Shown piece after piece: positions 1 through 8,268 of a stretch of 64,000 nucleotides of DNA. Within the stretch, counting starts at the first letter, position 1; the number at the start of each line of letters is the position of its first letter. The notes under the pieces are model-generated. The model worked only from the letters and a program-made list of their open reading frames with translations, searched no databases and was not told where the DNA came from. The DNA is taken from the NCBI GenBank assembly GCA_947085185.1, contig CAMTVK010000002.1:1-64000 (forward strand), read 5' to 3'. The position numbers were made by a program, and so were the translations under genes. The stretch is from Candidatus Fraserbacteria bacterium. Lineage in GTDB: Bacteria > Bipolaricaulota > Bipolaricaulia > RBG-16-55-9 > DRXL01.

Positions 1-1070
1 ACCCTGTGTATCATGCTCTTGTTGAAACAATAATAAGCAAGAAGGCTGTTGAGGAAGGCAAGGTAATACAAAAAGAGACATCAGATTTTACAAGACAGGA
101 AACCTGTTTTAGCTGCCACGGCACAGAGGTTAAGGTGGATGGTATGAAAGAGGTAGAGACAAAGCTCGGCAAAATAAAGGTTCTAAATCTGACCAATTGG
201 CCCAATCAGGGGGTCGGAAGGATTAATCCTGATGGAAGCATGGGTTCATGCACATCCTGTCATCCACGACATGCCTTTTCTATAGAGGTGGCAAGAAAAC
301 CATATGCCTGTGCCCAGTGTCACCTTGACCCTGATGTGCCTGCATGGAATGTTTACAAGGAGAGTAAACACGGTAACATCTATTTTTCAAAACATCAGGA
401 ATGGGATTTTAAAGAAGTGCCCTGGAAGGTCGGAAAAGACTTTCAGGCTCCAACATGCGCCGCATGCCATAACAGCCTTATAACAGCGCCTGACGGAAAG
501 ACAGTAATTGCACCAAGGACGCATGACTTTGGTTCAAGACTGTGGGTGAGACTCTTTGGACTTGTATATTCACATCCTCAGCCAAAACATGGAGATACAT
601 CAATAATTAAAAATAAAGACGGCTTACCCCTTCCTACAACCTTTACGGGAGAACCAGCCTCAGAATATCTAATAAGCAAGGAGGAGCAATTAAAGAGAGA
701 ATCTAATTTTAAAAACATCTGTAAGTCCTGCCACAGCACTCAATGGGCAGACAGTCATTTCAAAAAGCTTGACAATACCATTAGAGAGGTTGACAGCATG
801 ACCCTCGCCTCAACCTTATTACTCCTTGAGGCATGGAAACATAACCTTGCAGAAGGACTTCCACATGGCAAAAATCCATTTGATGAGACCATTGAACAGA
901 TGTGGATAAGGCAGTGGCTGTTCTACGGGAATTCTATTAAATATGCCTCTGCAATGACAGGCGCGCCTGATTATGCTACATTTAAGAACGGCTGGTGGAA
1001 TCTTACCGAAAATCTCCAGCATATGAAGGACTGGATAGAGCTGAAGAAAAAGGCTAAAGGTAAAGAGTGA
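1..1070 (+). CDS. Multiheme cytochrome c, hydroxylamine oxidoreductase (HAO)-family, 5'-truncated by window edge
   Basis: Five CxxCH motifs visible (CFSCH, CTSCH, CAQCH, CAACH, CKSCH), YKESKHG and a helical C-terminus with DY..F..GW, typical of HAO-like octahemes. The frame is open from the window start. Confidence 0.8.
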   Translation, partial: PVYHALVETIISKKAVEEGKVIQKETSDFTRQETCFSCHGTEVKVDGMKEVETKLGKIKVLNLTNWPNQGVGRINPDGSMGSCTSCHPRHAFSIEVARKPYACAQCHLDPDVPAWNVYKESKHGNIYFSKHQEWDFKEVPWKVGKDFQAPTCAACHNSLITAPDGKTVIAPRTHDFGSRLWVRLFGLVYSHPQPKHGDTSIIKNKDGLPLPTTFTGEPASEYLISKEEQLKRESNFKNICKSCHSTQWADSHFKKLDNTIREVDSMTLASTLLLLEAWKHNLAEGLPHGKNPFDETIEQMWIRQWLFYGNSIKYASAMTGAPDYATFKNGWWNLTENLQHMKDWIELKKKAKGKE

Positions 1071-1167
1071 GGATTATCCAATACGGCTCTGTAGAAATCC
1101 TCCGCTGAAGGGAGTATAGCAGAGGAGACAAGAGCTTGTCAAGTAGAATCGCCCCCAGTTTCACCGC

Positions 1168-1257
1168 CACTAAGCTGCGTCGGTGGTAGAGCTTTTCGTC
1201 CATGCGGGCATTGGCCCCCTTGTCATACGGCTTGAACTCCCGGTGCTTGATCAGCGG
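1168..1257 (-). pseudogene. IS5-family transposase fragment
   Basis: Minus strand translates to PLIKHREFKPYDKGANARMDEKLYHRRSLV, which resembles the PLIKHR..F...D.A.NAR.D...Y.QR segment of archaeal-type IS5 transposases as I recall it. No intact ORF. Confidence 0.55.
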
Positions 1258-1400
1258 CCAACAAACACTTGAATACTTTTCGAAAAGCAGGCGCTCTTGG
1301 CTACCATAAGCGCCATATGCTCATTGACCAGACGTCCCTCGAACGACTTTTGGATACGGGCCCCATCTCAGCTTCCAGATCTCTGGCCCAGGCCGCTGAG

Positions 1401-1466
1401 AGCTGACTAAGATCAGCTTCATTCTGTGAATCAGTTCATAGCCTCCCGAAGCCCAGTGATTATACT
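1401..1466 (+). promoter_or_regulatory. Promoter with tandem TGA-N6-TCA operators upstream of ONR
   Basis: AGCTGA-N6-TCAGCT (1401-1418), TGTGA-N6-TCATA (1425-1440), -10 TATACT (1461-1466), RBS GAGGAGG before 1508. Confidence 0.65.
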
Positions 1467-1507
1467 GAGTAGTAAAGAATTCGCTCAAAAGAGGAGGTAA
1501 CACAATT

Positions 1508-3148
1508 ATGATGAAGAAACTCGCTTGGATGGCGCTGGGAGTTGTGTTTGTTGCTCTCTTGAGCACGCTGGTGCTCTCAGGCGGCAGAATTCCCTTCGCC
1601 CAAGCGCAAAACGTGAATGAGTCAGTTTGCTACGCCTGCCATGGCGAGATCAAGGCGCTCAAAGTCGGCTCCAAGCACGAAGGCGTCAACTGCGGTACCT
1701 GCCACACAGGAGCGCTTGAGCACGCCCGCGATCCTGCCAAGAAGCCCGTGACCAAGATGGATCATGCCACCTGCGGCACATGCCACAAAGAGCAATACGA
1801 GTCGTTTGTAGCCATCAATCTGCACTCCAAAGCCAAAGTAGAGAAGGCCACGACGACCAGTCGCTCGCCGCTCTTTGACAGCCTAATGCGCCCGCACGGC
1901 TTCACCCGCGAGCACGCCGAGCCGCGCAGCCACATCTTCGCCCTGGTCGATCACCTATTGGTCGACCGCGCCTACGGCGGCAGATTCCAACTCAAAGATT
2001 GGAAGCTGATCTCCGACGCCAAAGCCGCGGAAAAATCCGCCTGGGAGGTGCTCAAAGACCTGGAGCCCACGACCAGCGATCAGAAGATCTTCCCGCCCTA
2101 TACGCCACGCACAGCCTTCACAGCAGCTAACCCGGTCTGCCTGACCTGCAAGACCAGCGACTGGATCTTGGACTGGGCCTATATGGGAGATAAGCACCCC
2201 AAAGCCAAGTGGGATCGCACCTCGAAAGTCGTCGAGATGGCCCGCGCCATGAACCACACCTTCGCCTGCTTTGCCTGCCACGATCCGCACTCGGCTCAAC
2301 CACGAGTCATCCGCGATGCCCTCATCGAAGCGGTGGTTGATCGCGGCGAGGGAACCTATCCCTACGATAAAGAGAAGAGCAAGGCCATCACGATGAAAAA
2401 AGTCACCTTCAGGGGCTTCCGCACCATCGGCATTCTCAACAAGCCCGACTCTTCTCTGATGTGCGCCCAGTGCCACGTCGAATATAACTGCAACCCGGTG
2501 ATCGATCTGAAGACCGGGGCCGTGATTGGCATGGGCGATCGCAGGACCAATGAGTTCCAGTGGCGCAACGTCTTCGATTATGACGCTTGGGTGGAGAGGC
2601 AGGGGTATCGCGACTTCCGCCACGAAGTGACCGGGGCACTGCTCTCGAAGATCCAGCACCCCGAGGTCGAAGTCTGGTGGGGGAGCAAGCACGAGCGCGC
2701 CGGCGTGGAATGCAAGGACTGCCACATGCCTAAAGTCGAAAAGGCCGGCAAGAAGTTCACTTGGCACGGGCAGCAGAGCGCCAGATATATGAAGAAGGAG
2801 ACCTGCTTGCAATGCCACTCCTACTGGACGGAAGAAGAGGCGCTCTACCAGATCGAGGCCGTGCAGAACTATATTCGCGGGAAGATGCGCAAGGCCGAGT
2901 TCTGGCTGGCAGAGCTGGTCAAGACCTATCAACGGGCGCAAGACGTGGGCGTGGCCGAGGCGACGCTCGCCGAAGCGAGAAAGTTCCATACGACAGCCCA
3001 CACCCTCTGGGAGTGGTGGACGGCGGAAAACTCCGATGGCTTCCATAATCCCGATCAGGCCAAGGCTGCGCTGCTCAGATCCATCCAGACTTCGATTGAT
3101 GGGGTACATCTCTTGGAGAAGGCCATTCGGGAGAAGACAGGACGATAA
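1508..3148 (+). CDS. nrfA: Octaheme cytochrome c nitrite reductase (ONR/TvNiR type, ammonia-forming, NrfA family)
   Basis: Signal peptide, 7 CxxCH and an active-site CxxCK (CLTCK). Also EPRSH, CAQCHVEYNC, KIQHPE and AENSDGFHNP motifs. Confidence 0.92.
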   Translation: MMKKLAWMALGVVFVALLSTLVLSGGRIPFAQAQNVNESVCYACHGEIKALKVGSKHEGVNCGTCHTGALEHARDPAKKPVTKMDHATCGTCHKEQYESFVAINLHSKAKVEKATTTSRSPLFDSLMRPHGFTREHAEPRSHIFALVDHLLVDRAYGGRFQLKDWKLISDAKAAEKSAWEVLKDLEPTTSDQKIFPPYTPRTAFTAANPVCLTCKTSDWILDWAYMGDKHPKAKWDRTSKVVEMARAMNHTFACFACHDPHSAQPRVIRDALIEAVVDRGEGTYPYDKEKSKAITMKKVTFRGFRTIGILNKPDSSLMCAQCHVEYNCNPVIDLKTGAVIGMGDRRTNEFQWRNVFDYDAWVERQGYRDFRHEVTGALLSKIQHPEVEVWWGSKHERAGVECKDCHMPKVEKAGKKFTWHGQQSARYMKKETCLQCHSYWTEEEALYQIEAVQNYIRGKMRKAEFWLAELVKTYQRAQDVGVAEATLAEARKFHTTAHTLWEWWTAENSDGFHNPDQAKAALLRSIQTSIDGVHLLEKAIREKTGR

Positions 3149-3170
3149 CTCAAGAAGAGCGCTGCAGAGT

Positions 3171-3208
3171 GGGGGGCTGGGCCGGTGCTCAAGCCCCCTT
3201 TTGTTTTA
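3171..3208 (+). terminator. Intrinsic terminator after ONR
   Basis: GGGGGCT...AGCCCCC stem followed by TTTTGTTTT. Confidence 0.7.
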
Positions 3209-3210
3209 TT

Positions 3211-3276
3211 TATGATAAAAATCATGCCTCTCTCTGATGGAGCTCATAGCACAACCAGAGCAAGCACGTCTATACT
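3211..3276 (+). promoter_or_regulatory. Promoter with tandem TGA-N6-TCA operators upstream of resA-resB-ccsA
   Basis: TATGA-N6-TCATG (3211-3226), TCTGA-N6-TCATA (3233-3248), -10 TATACT (3271-3276). Confidence 0.65.
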
Positions 3277-3309
3277 ATGCCCAGAAGCTCACAAATTAAG
3301 GAGGCGCAC

Positions 3310-3909
3310 ATGGGAGCGCGGCTTACCGTTGCGGCACTGATCGCCTTGGGAGCCATCGTCCTTGGGGTGATCAGCTACGCGTTCTTCACCAATCGAGGCG
3401 ATCTGGGGAAATTTGCCCTCACGGAGGGGCGCGGGCTCTTCCTTGAAGATCCTCAAGAACTTAAGGACGAGATCGCTCCCCGCTTGGGGTATCGTGCCCC
3501 GGACTTTGAACTGCCCGATCTTGACGGGCAAAAAGTTGCGCTGAGCGCGCTGCGCGGCAAGCCCCTCTTGCTCAATTTCTGGGCCAGTTGGTGTCCCCCC
3601 TGCCGCAAGGAGATGCCCAACTTGCAAAGATTCTCCGAGCAGTACGGCAGCCAGGTCGTGGTCGTGGGCGTCAACTGGGGTGAAGACGCCTCGACCGTAA
3701 AGGGCTTCCTCGAGCGCGTCGGAGCGACCTATCTCAATCTCTTGGACCAGCGCGGCACAGCCTTTGTGCTCTACAAGCTGACAGGTATCCCCACGGGCTT
3801 CTTCATCGACCCAGAGGGCTTCATTCGTGGGGTGTGGCTTGGCCCATTACAGATCGAAGAGATCGCCAAGGGCTTCAAGAGATTGGGGCTCCTTAAAGAA
3901 AGCGAGTGA
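3310..3909 (+). CDS. resA: Membrane-anchored thiol-disulfide oxidoreductase, ResA/TlpA family
   Basis: N-terminal TM helix, APDFELPDLDG, LLNFWASWCPPC. RBS AGGAGG favours the ATG at 3310. Confidence 0.88.
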   Translation: MGARLTVAALIALGAIVLGVISYAFFTNRGDLGKFALTEGRGLFLEDPQELKDEIAPRLGYRAPDFELPDLDGQKVALSALRGKPLLLNFWASWCPPCRKEMPNLQRFSEQYGSQVVVVGVNWGEDASTVKGFLERVGATYLNLLDQRGTAFVLYKLTGIPTGFFIDPEGFIRGVWLGPLQIEEIAKGFKRLGLLKESE

Positions 3910-3915
3910 TCTTCT

Positions 3916-5685
3916 ATGACCTGTACAGCGTGCGGGACGGTCAACACCCCCGATAGCCGATTCTGCAAGCAGTGCGGTGTAGCACTGCAAGTTCTCTGTA
4001 GAAGCTGCTCAGCGGCGAACACCCCCGACAGCCAGTTCTGTACAACGTGTGGGGCGCCTCTGACCCACAAGGCCCTCTCGCCTGTGCCACGTGCCACTCA
4101 GTTGGTCAGCGGCGGCGCTCTGCAGGGTCAGGTTGCCCAGATCGTCAAAGTGCTAGGCGGGCTCAACTGCGGACGCTGCGGTTATCGCACTTGTGCAGAA
4201 AACGCTTTAGCGATCGTGCGCGGCGAGAGCGCCCCAGACTCGTGCGTCCAAGGGGGAGCCGAAGTCGCCAAACAGATCCGGGCAATCTTAGGGCAACCCG
4301 AGCGCCCCAGCCTTGGGGCTCTGCTGTGGGAGCAGCTCACGTCTATCAAGCTCGCGATCGGACTCATTGTGGCGATCGTCCTGCTCTCGGTAATTGGTAC
4401 GATCATCCCTCAGGGGAGAGATCCGCTCTTCTACGCGGGGCACTACGGCATGACCGGGCTGCGCCTCATCCAGCTCTTCCAGGTTGATCGGCTCTATCAC
4501 TCATGGTACTTCTTGAGCTTGCTTGTGCTGCTGGCGATCAACACCGGCGCCTGCGCGATCAAGCGCTTTCGCGTCTCTTGGGAGCTTGTGCGCAAGCCCG
4601 TTGAGCCCCGCACAGCCGAGGAGATCGCGCAGCTTCCCACTCAAGCCAAGCTCGAACCCCATCTCTTCAAGAGACTCCAAGAGCTGCTCGTCCAAAGACA
4701 CTATCGGGTGCGGTGCCAAGGGGACCAGCTCATCGCGCATAAGAATCTGTGGGGTCGGCTGGGCATCGATATCTTACATGTGAGCGTGATCGTGGTGCTC
4801 ATGGGGGGCATCGCAGGAGGACTCTTAGGATTTGAAGATTTTCAGATAGCTCGCAAGGGCGAGACGTTCACCGTCGCCCGCGGGGGATTCTCCGTGCGCG
4901 TGGACGACCTATGGACGGTCAATTACGAAAACTCCAGCCAGATCAAAGATTGGTACACTAAGCTCACCGTAATAGACAACGGGCGTGAGGTGCTGACCAA
5001 GACTATCGAAGTAAACGAGCCCTTGACGTACAAGGGGATCTCCCTCTATCAAGCGTCGTTTGGCAGCGACTGGTTGAGTGGAGCAGAGCTGACATTTCGC
5101 ATCGAGCGTGTGAAGGATGGGACTGCTGAGCCTGTTGGTGAGATCACAACGACAGTCGGAGCAACGTTTCCTCTCGATGACGGGCGCACCGCCAAAGTGA
5201 TCGCGTTCTATCCCGACTTCATCGTCACGGAGCAAGGGCCAGCCAATCGCTCGCAAGCCCTTAATAATCCCGCGGCGTTCTTGGAAGTCTACAATGGCAC
5301 TCACAAAGAGTTTTCGACCTGGACGTTCGCGCAGTTCCCAGAATTTCAGCACGACTTCTCGAAAGAGAACCCGTATCGCTTCTATCTGGTGGGGATGAAG
5401 GCTCCCCAGTTTACAGGGCTGCAGATCGCGCGCAACCCTGGTATCCCTATTATCTATGCCGGGTTCGTTCTGTTGATCTTCGGGTTGGCGTTGAACTTCT
5501 ATGTGCCGCCGCGGCGCATCTGGGCTGCCGTCAAAGAGAACACACTCTACGTGGGCGGTCTAGGGCGCGAGCCGCGCGAGTTCGAGCCCGATTTTGAAGA
5601 GCTCATCGAAGAGCTGAAGAGCTATCACGGCTCTCCTGCACCACAAATCTCACAGAAAGAGAAAGAGGTGATCCCTCATGGATAG
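3916..5685 (+). CDS. resB: Cytochrome c biogenesis protein ResB/CcsB with N-terminal double zinc ribbon and Fe-S domain
   Basis: ResB core (TS.KLAI, IGTIIPQ, YHSWYF, conserved His in ILHVS, IEVNEPL.Y.G...YQ, PG.PIIYAGF). The N-terminus has 4 CxxC pairs and NCGRCGYRTC..C. Confidence 0.88.
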   Translation: MTCTACGTVNTPDSRFCKQCGVALQVLCRSCSAANTPDSQFCTTCGAPLTHKALSPVPRATQLVSGGALQGQVAQIVKVLGGLNCGRCGYRTCAENALAIVRGESAPDSCVQGGAEVAKQIRAILGQPERPSLGALLWEQLTSIKLAIGLIVAIVLLSVIGTIIPQGRDPLFYAGHYGMTGLRLIQLFQVDRLYHSWYFLSLLVLLAINTGACAIKRFRVSWELVRKPVEPRTAEEIAQLPTQAKLEPHLFKRLQELLVQRHYRVRCQGDQLIAHKNLWGRLGIDILHVSVIVVLMGGIAGGLLGFEDFQIARKGETFTVARGGFSVRVDDLWTVNYENSSQIKDWYTKLTVIDNGREVLTKTIEVNEPLTYKGISLYQASFGSDWLSGAELTFRIERVKDGTAEPVGEITTTVGATFPLDDGRTAKVIAFYPDFIVTEQGPANRSQALNNPAAFLEVYNGTHKEFSTWTFAQFPEFQHDFSKENPYRFYLVGMKAPQFTGLQIARNPGIPIIYAGFVLLIFGLALNFYVPPRRIWAAVKENTLYVGGLGREPREFEPDFEELIEELKSYHGSPAPQISQKEKEVIPHG

Positions 5686-6562
5686 CGCGTTCTTCTTCTA
5701 TGTGAGCGCCGTCGGGTATTTTCTGGGCTTTGTCTTTTATCTATTGCATCTGATCGGAAGCCCTTCAGATCAGAAGACGGACCTAGGGATCGTGGCAGCG
5801 TCCTCCCCGTGGGTCCTCAAGCAGACGACCTGGGGCAAGCTCGCCACAGGGACAACCCTAGTCACCGTGCTCATCGGCACGGTCGGGATGGTGCTGCGCA
5901 CGCTGGAGCTTTCGCGCACCTCGGAGTTCTTCTTGCCGATGCCTGTAACTAATACTTACGAGACGCTGGCCTTTTTTTCGTGGGCCATTCCGCTGGCGTA
6001 TCTCTTCTTCGAGTGGCGGTATAAGCTCAAAGCCGTAGGCGCGTTTGCCACGGGCTTGGCTTTTATCTTTCTCGCCGTTGCGTCGTCACCGTTGCTCTCT
6101 CAAGAAGTGCGGCCTCTGGTGCCAGCGTTGCAAAGTTATTGGCTCGTGTTTCACGTGCTTTTTACGCTCTTGGGAGAAGCCTTCTTCGCCGTGGCCTTCG
6201 GCGCAGGGATCTTGTTCTTATGGCTGCAGCGTCGCGGAGGGAATCTCCAAACGCTCAAGATGCTCGACAATCTGGGCTATAAAGCCATTGCCCTAGGCTT
6301 CCCGCTTTTCACGTTGGGTGGATTAGTCTTTGGGGCGATCTGGGCCCAGCATGCCTGGGGGCGCTACTGGGGCTGGGACCCCAAAGAGACCTGGATGCTT
6401 ATTACTTGGTTCTTCTATGCGCTCTATCTGCACGTGCGGGTGAAGTGGGGCTGGCGCGATGCCAAGACGGCATGGCTTGCTGTGGGGGGCTTTGCGGCAG
6501 CGATGTTCACCTGGTTGGGCGTGAACTATCTGTTAGCGGGCTTGCATAGCTACGCAGGCTAA
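5678..6562 (+). CDS. ccsA: Cytochrome c biogenesis protein CcsA/ResC
   Basis: WWD motif WAQHAWGRYWGWDPKETW, LQSYWLVFHV and C-terminal GLHSY. Confidence 0.95.
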   Translation: MDSAFFFYVSAVGYFLGFVFYLLHLIGSPSDQKTDLGIVAASSPWVLKQTTWGKLATGTTLVTVLIGTVGMVLRTLELSRTSEFFLPMPVTNTYETLAFFSWAIPLAYLFFEWRYKLKAVGAFATGLAFIFLAVASSPLLSQEVRPLVPALQSYWLVFHVLFTLLGEAFFAVAFGAGILFLWLQRRGGNLQTLKMLDNLGYKAIALGFPLFTLGGLVFGAIWAQHAWGRYWGWDPKETWMLITWFFYALYLHVRVKWGWRDAKTAWLAVGGFAAAMFTWLGVNYLLAGLHSYAG

Positions 6563-6576
6563 TGGAGATGATGACC

Positions 6577-7137
6577 ATGCTCAAGCGTATCCTAGCCGTA
6601 GCACTCTTTCTGGTGATCCCGTTGGGGGTGACGGTCGTAGTGCTGGCGCTGGCGCAGCGGCCCCCGGCTATCCCCAAGGGGCATATCTCGATCAAGACGG
6701 GCGCTCCGGTAGACCTGTGCTTCCGGTGCCATAAGACCCCGCCGACTCTGCCGGCTGAGAAATACTCGTTCTGTTCCACGTGTCACATCAACATTCACAT
6801 TGAGGAGACGGAGTTTGTGGACCTCGTGCGGGTGGGAAACACGCCCAAGCACCCGGTGGAGTTTACCTGGGCGGCGGCAGACTGCTCGACCTGTCACACC
6901 AAGCCCCATAAGACCAAACCCGCGCTGCACCCCGTCGGTGCTAATCAACCCAGCAGCGCATTCTGCCAGCCGTGTCATTTGAATCCTGCAGATCCCGCAA
7001 AGGCCATCGGTGGGCCGGAGAAGGCCGGAGAATTCTGCGCCGCGTGCCATCATATCGGGCTCAAGCCGACCCATATCAAGGCACCGCAGGGCGTGAAAGT
7101 CAACTTCTGCTTCGGCTGCCACAAGCCAGCACCATAA
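6577..7137 (+). CDS. Membrane-anchored hexaheme cytochrome c (paralog 1)
   Basis: N-terminal hydrophobic segment and six CxxCH (CFRCH, CSTCH, CSTCH, CQPCH, CAACH, CFGCH). The start may be 6562. Confidence 0.85.
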   Translation: MLKRILAVALFLVIPLGVTVVVLALAQRPPAIPKGHISIKTGAPVDLCFRCHKTPPTLPAEKYSFCSTCHINIHIEETEFVDLVRVGNTPKHPVEFTWAAADCSTCHTKPHKTKPALHPVGANQPSSAFCQPCHLNPADPAKAIGGPEKAGEFCAACHHIGLKPTHIKAPQGVKVNFCFGCHKPAP

Positions 7138-7141
7138 GTCT

Positions 7142-7207
7142 TTTGACCAAGATCAGGTCTTCCAATGTCGCAGATCATGGACTCGAGATGTATACACCAG
7201 CTACACT
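7142..7207 (+). promoter_or_regulatory. Third promoter with tandem operators, upstream of hexaheme paralog 2
   Basis: TTTGA-N6-TCAGG (7142-7157), ATGT-N6-TCATG (7165-7179), -10 TACACT (7202-7207), RBS AAGGAGGT. Confidence 0.55.
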
Positions 7208-7243
7208 AATAGAGCAAAACGGAGCCTGAAAGGAGGTCATCAT

Positions 7244-7792
7244 ATGCTCAAGCGCTGGGGTCTTCTCACAGCCGGCATCATAATAGTGGCAGGAGCGGTG
7301 AGCGCCTTTGTGCTCTTGACGATAGCGCAGCAACCGCCACCGCTGCCTCAAGGGCACATCCCCATCGATCCAGGCAGCTCGGCCAACACGTGCTTTGAGT
7401 GCCACCAGAGCCCGCCGCCACTGAAGACTGAGCAAGTCGGGTTCTGTAAGACGTGTCACATCACCACGCACTTTGTGCAGAAGCCGGGCTTCACCGTGGA
7501 GCGACCGGGGCCACGGCCCAAGCACGTCATCGCATTCGATTGGACCGCTGCGGACTGCTCCAGTTGCCATACGCCCCACAAGACCATGGTCGCCAAGCAC
7601 CCGGTGAATGTGAGGCAACCCAACAGCAGCTTCTGCCAGCCTTGCCACCAGACGCCTCCGGAGAAGGGCATCACTGGGGAGGAGAAGGCTGGAGACTTCT
7701 GCGCTGGGTGCCACAATCTCGGGCTGGCGCCGACGCACGTGGCGGCCCCTCCTGATGCCAAGGCGAACTTCTGCTTCGGCTGCCACAAGTAG
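7244..7792 (+). CDS. Membrane-anchored hexaheme cytochrome c (paralog 2)
   Basis: Six CxxCH (CFECH, CKTCH, CSSCH, CQPCH, CAGCH, CFGCH), colinear with paralog 1. Strong RBS. Confidence 0.88.
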   Translation: MLKRWGLLTAGIIIVAGAVSAFVLLTIAQQPPPLPQGHIPIDPGSSANTCFECHQSPPPLKTEQVGFCKTCHITTHFVQKPGFTVERPGPRPKHVIAFDWTAADCSSCHTPHKTMVAKHPVNVRQPNSSFCQPCHQTPPEKGITGEEKAGDFCAGCHNLGLAPTHVAAPPDAKANFCFGCHK

Positions 7793-7861
7793 ACTTGTGC
7801 AGCGTCACTGGAGGAGTCAACGAGCTGCGCTTTGCCAAGTAAAGCGAGCCATAATGAACAG

Positions 7862-7893
7862 CAAGGGCCTTGGCCGCTTGACCAAGGCCCTTG
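7862..7893 (+). terminator. 12-bp perfect hairpin, possible terminator
   Basis: CAAGGGCCTTGG / CCAAGGCCCTTG with only a short U-tract. Confidence 0.45.
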
Positions 7894-7956
7894 TTCTGCG
7901 CACAATGGGGTGTGCACCGGGCACAGCCGTGCCCACGAGTGCAGGAGGTGACAGCT

Positions 7957-8250
7957 ATGGCCGGCTTTCGCCTGTGGGAAAGGATCACCATTGATGATCT
8001 CCTGGAGCACCTGACCCAGGCGGCCTGGGAGGAGATCACGCAGCAGTTCGACCAAGCCCCACCGGAGCTGCGAGCGCGAGTGCGACGCGCCCTCAAACAC
8101 GTGCTCAATCACGATATGTACGCTTCGCCAGCCTGCGGCACTTCTTCGCTGTGCAGCCCCTCTGAAGAGGGCCGGGCTCGGCCTTGGTCGCGTCAGGCCC
8201 AAGCCTGGGGCCTGGTGAGACAAGCCGATCCCCACTTGGAGAAGAGATAA
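7957..8250 (+). CDS. Hypothetical protein
   Basis: RBS AGGAGGTG before the ATG at 7957. No recognisable domain. Confidence 0.5.
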   Translation: MAGFRLWERITIDDLLEHLTQAAWEEITQQFDQAPPELRARVRRALKHVLNHDMYASPACGTSSLCSPSEEGRARPWSRQAQAWGLVRQADPHLEKR

Positions 8251-8268
8251 TGAGAAAGGGGTAAGCGC

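Noticed and set aside
1955..3109. 384-aa antisense ORF within ONR
   Set aside because: Shadow frame of a high-GC gene, with no motifs or RBS.
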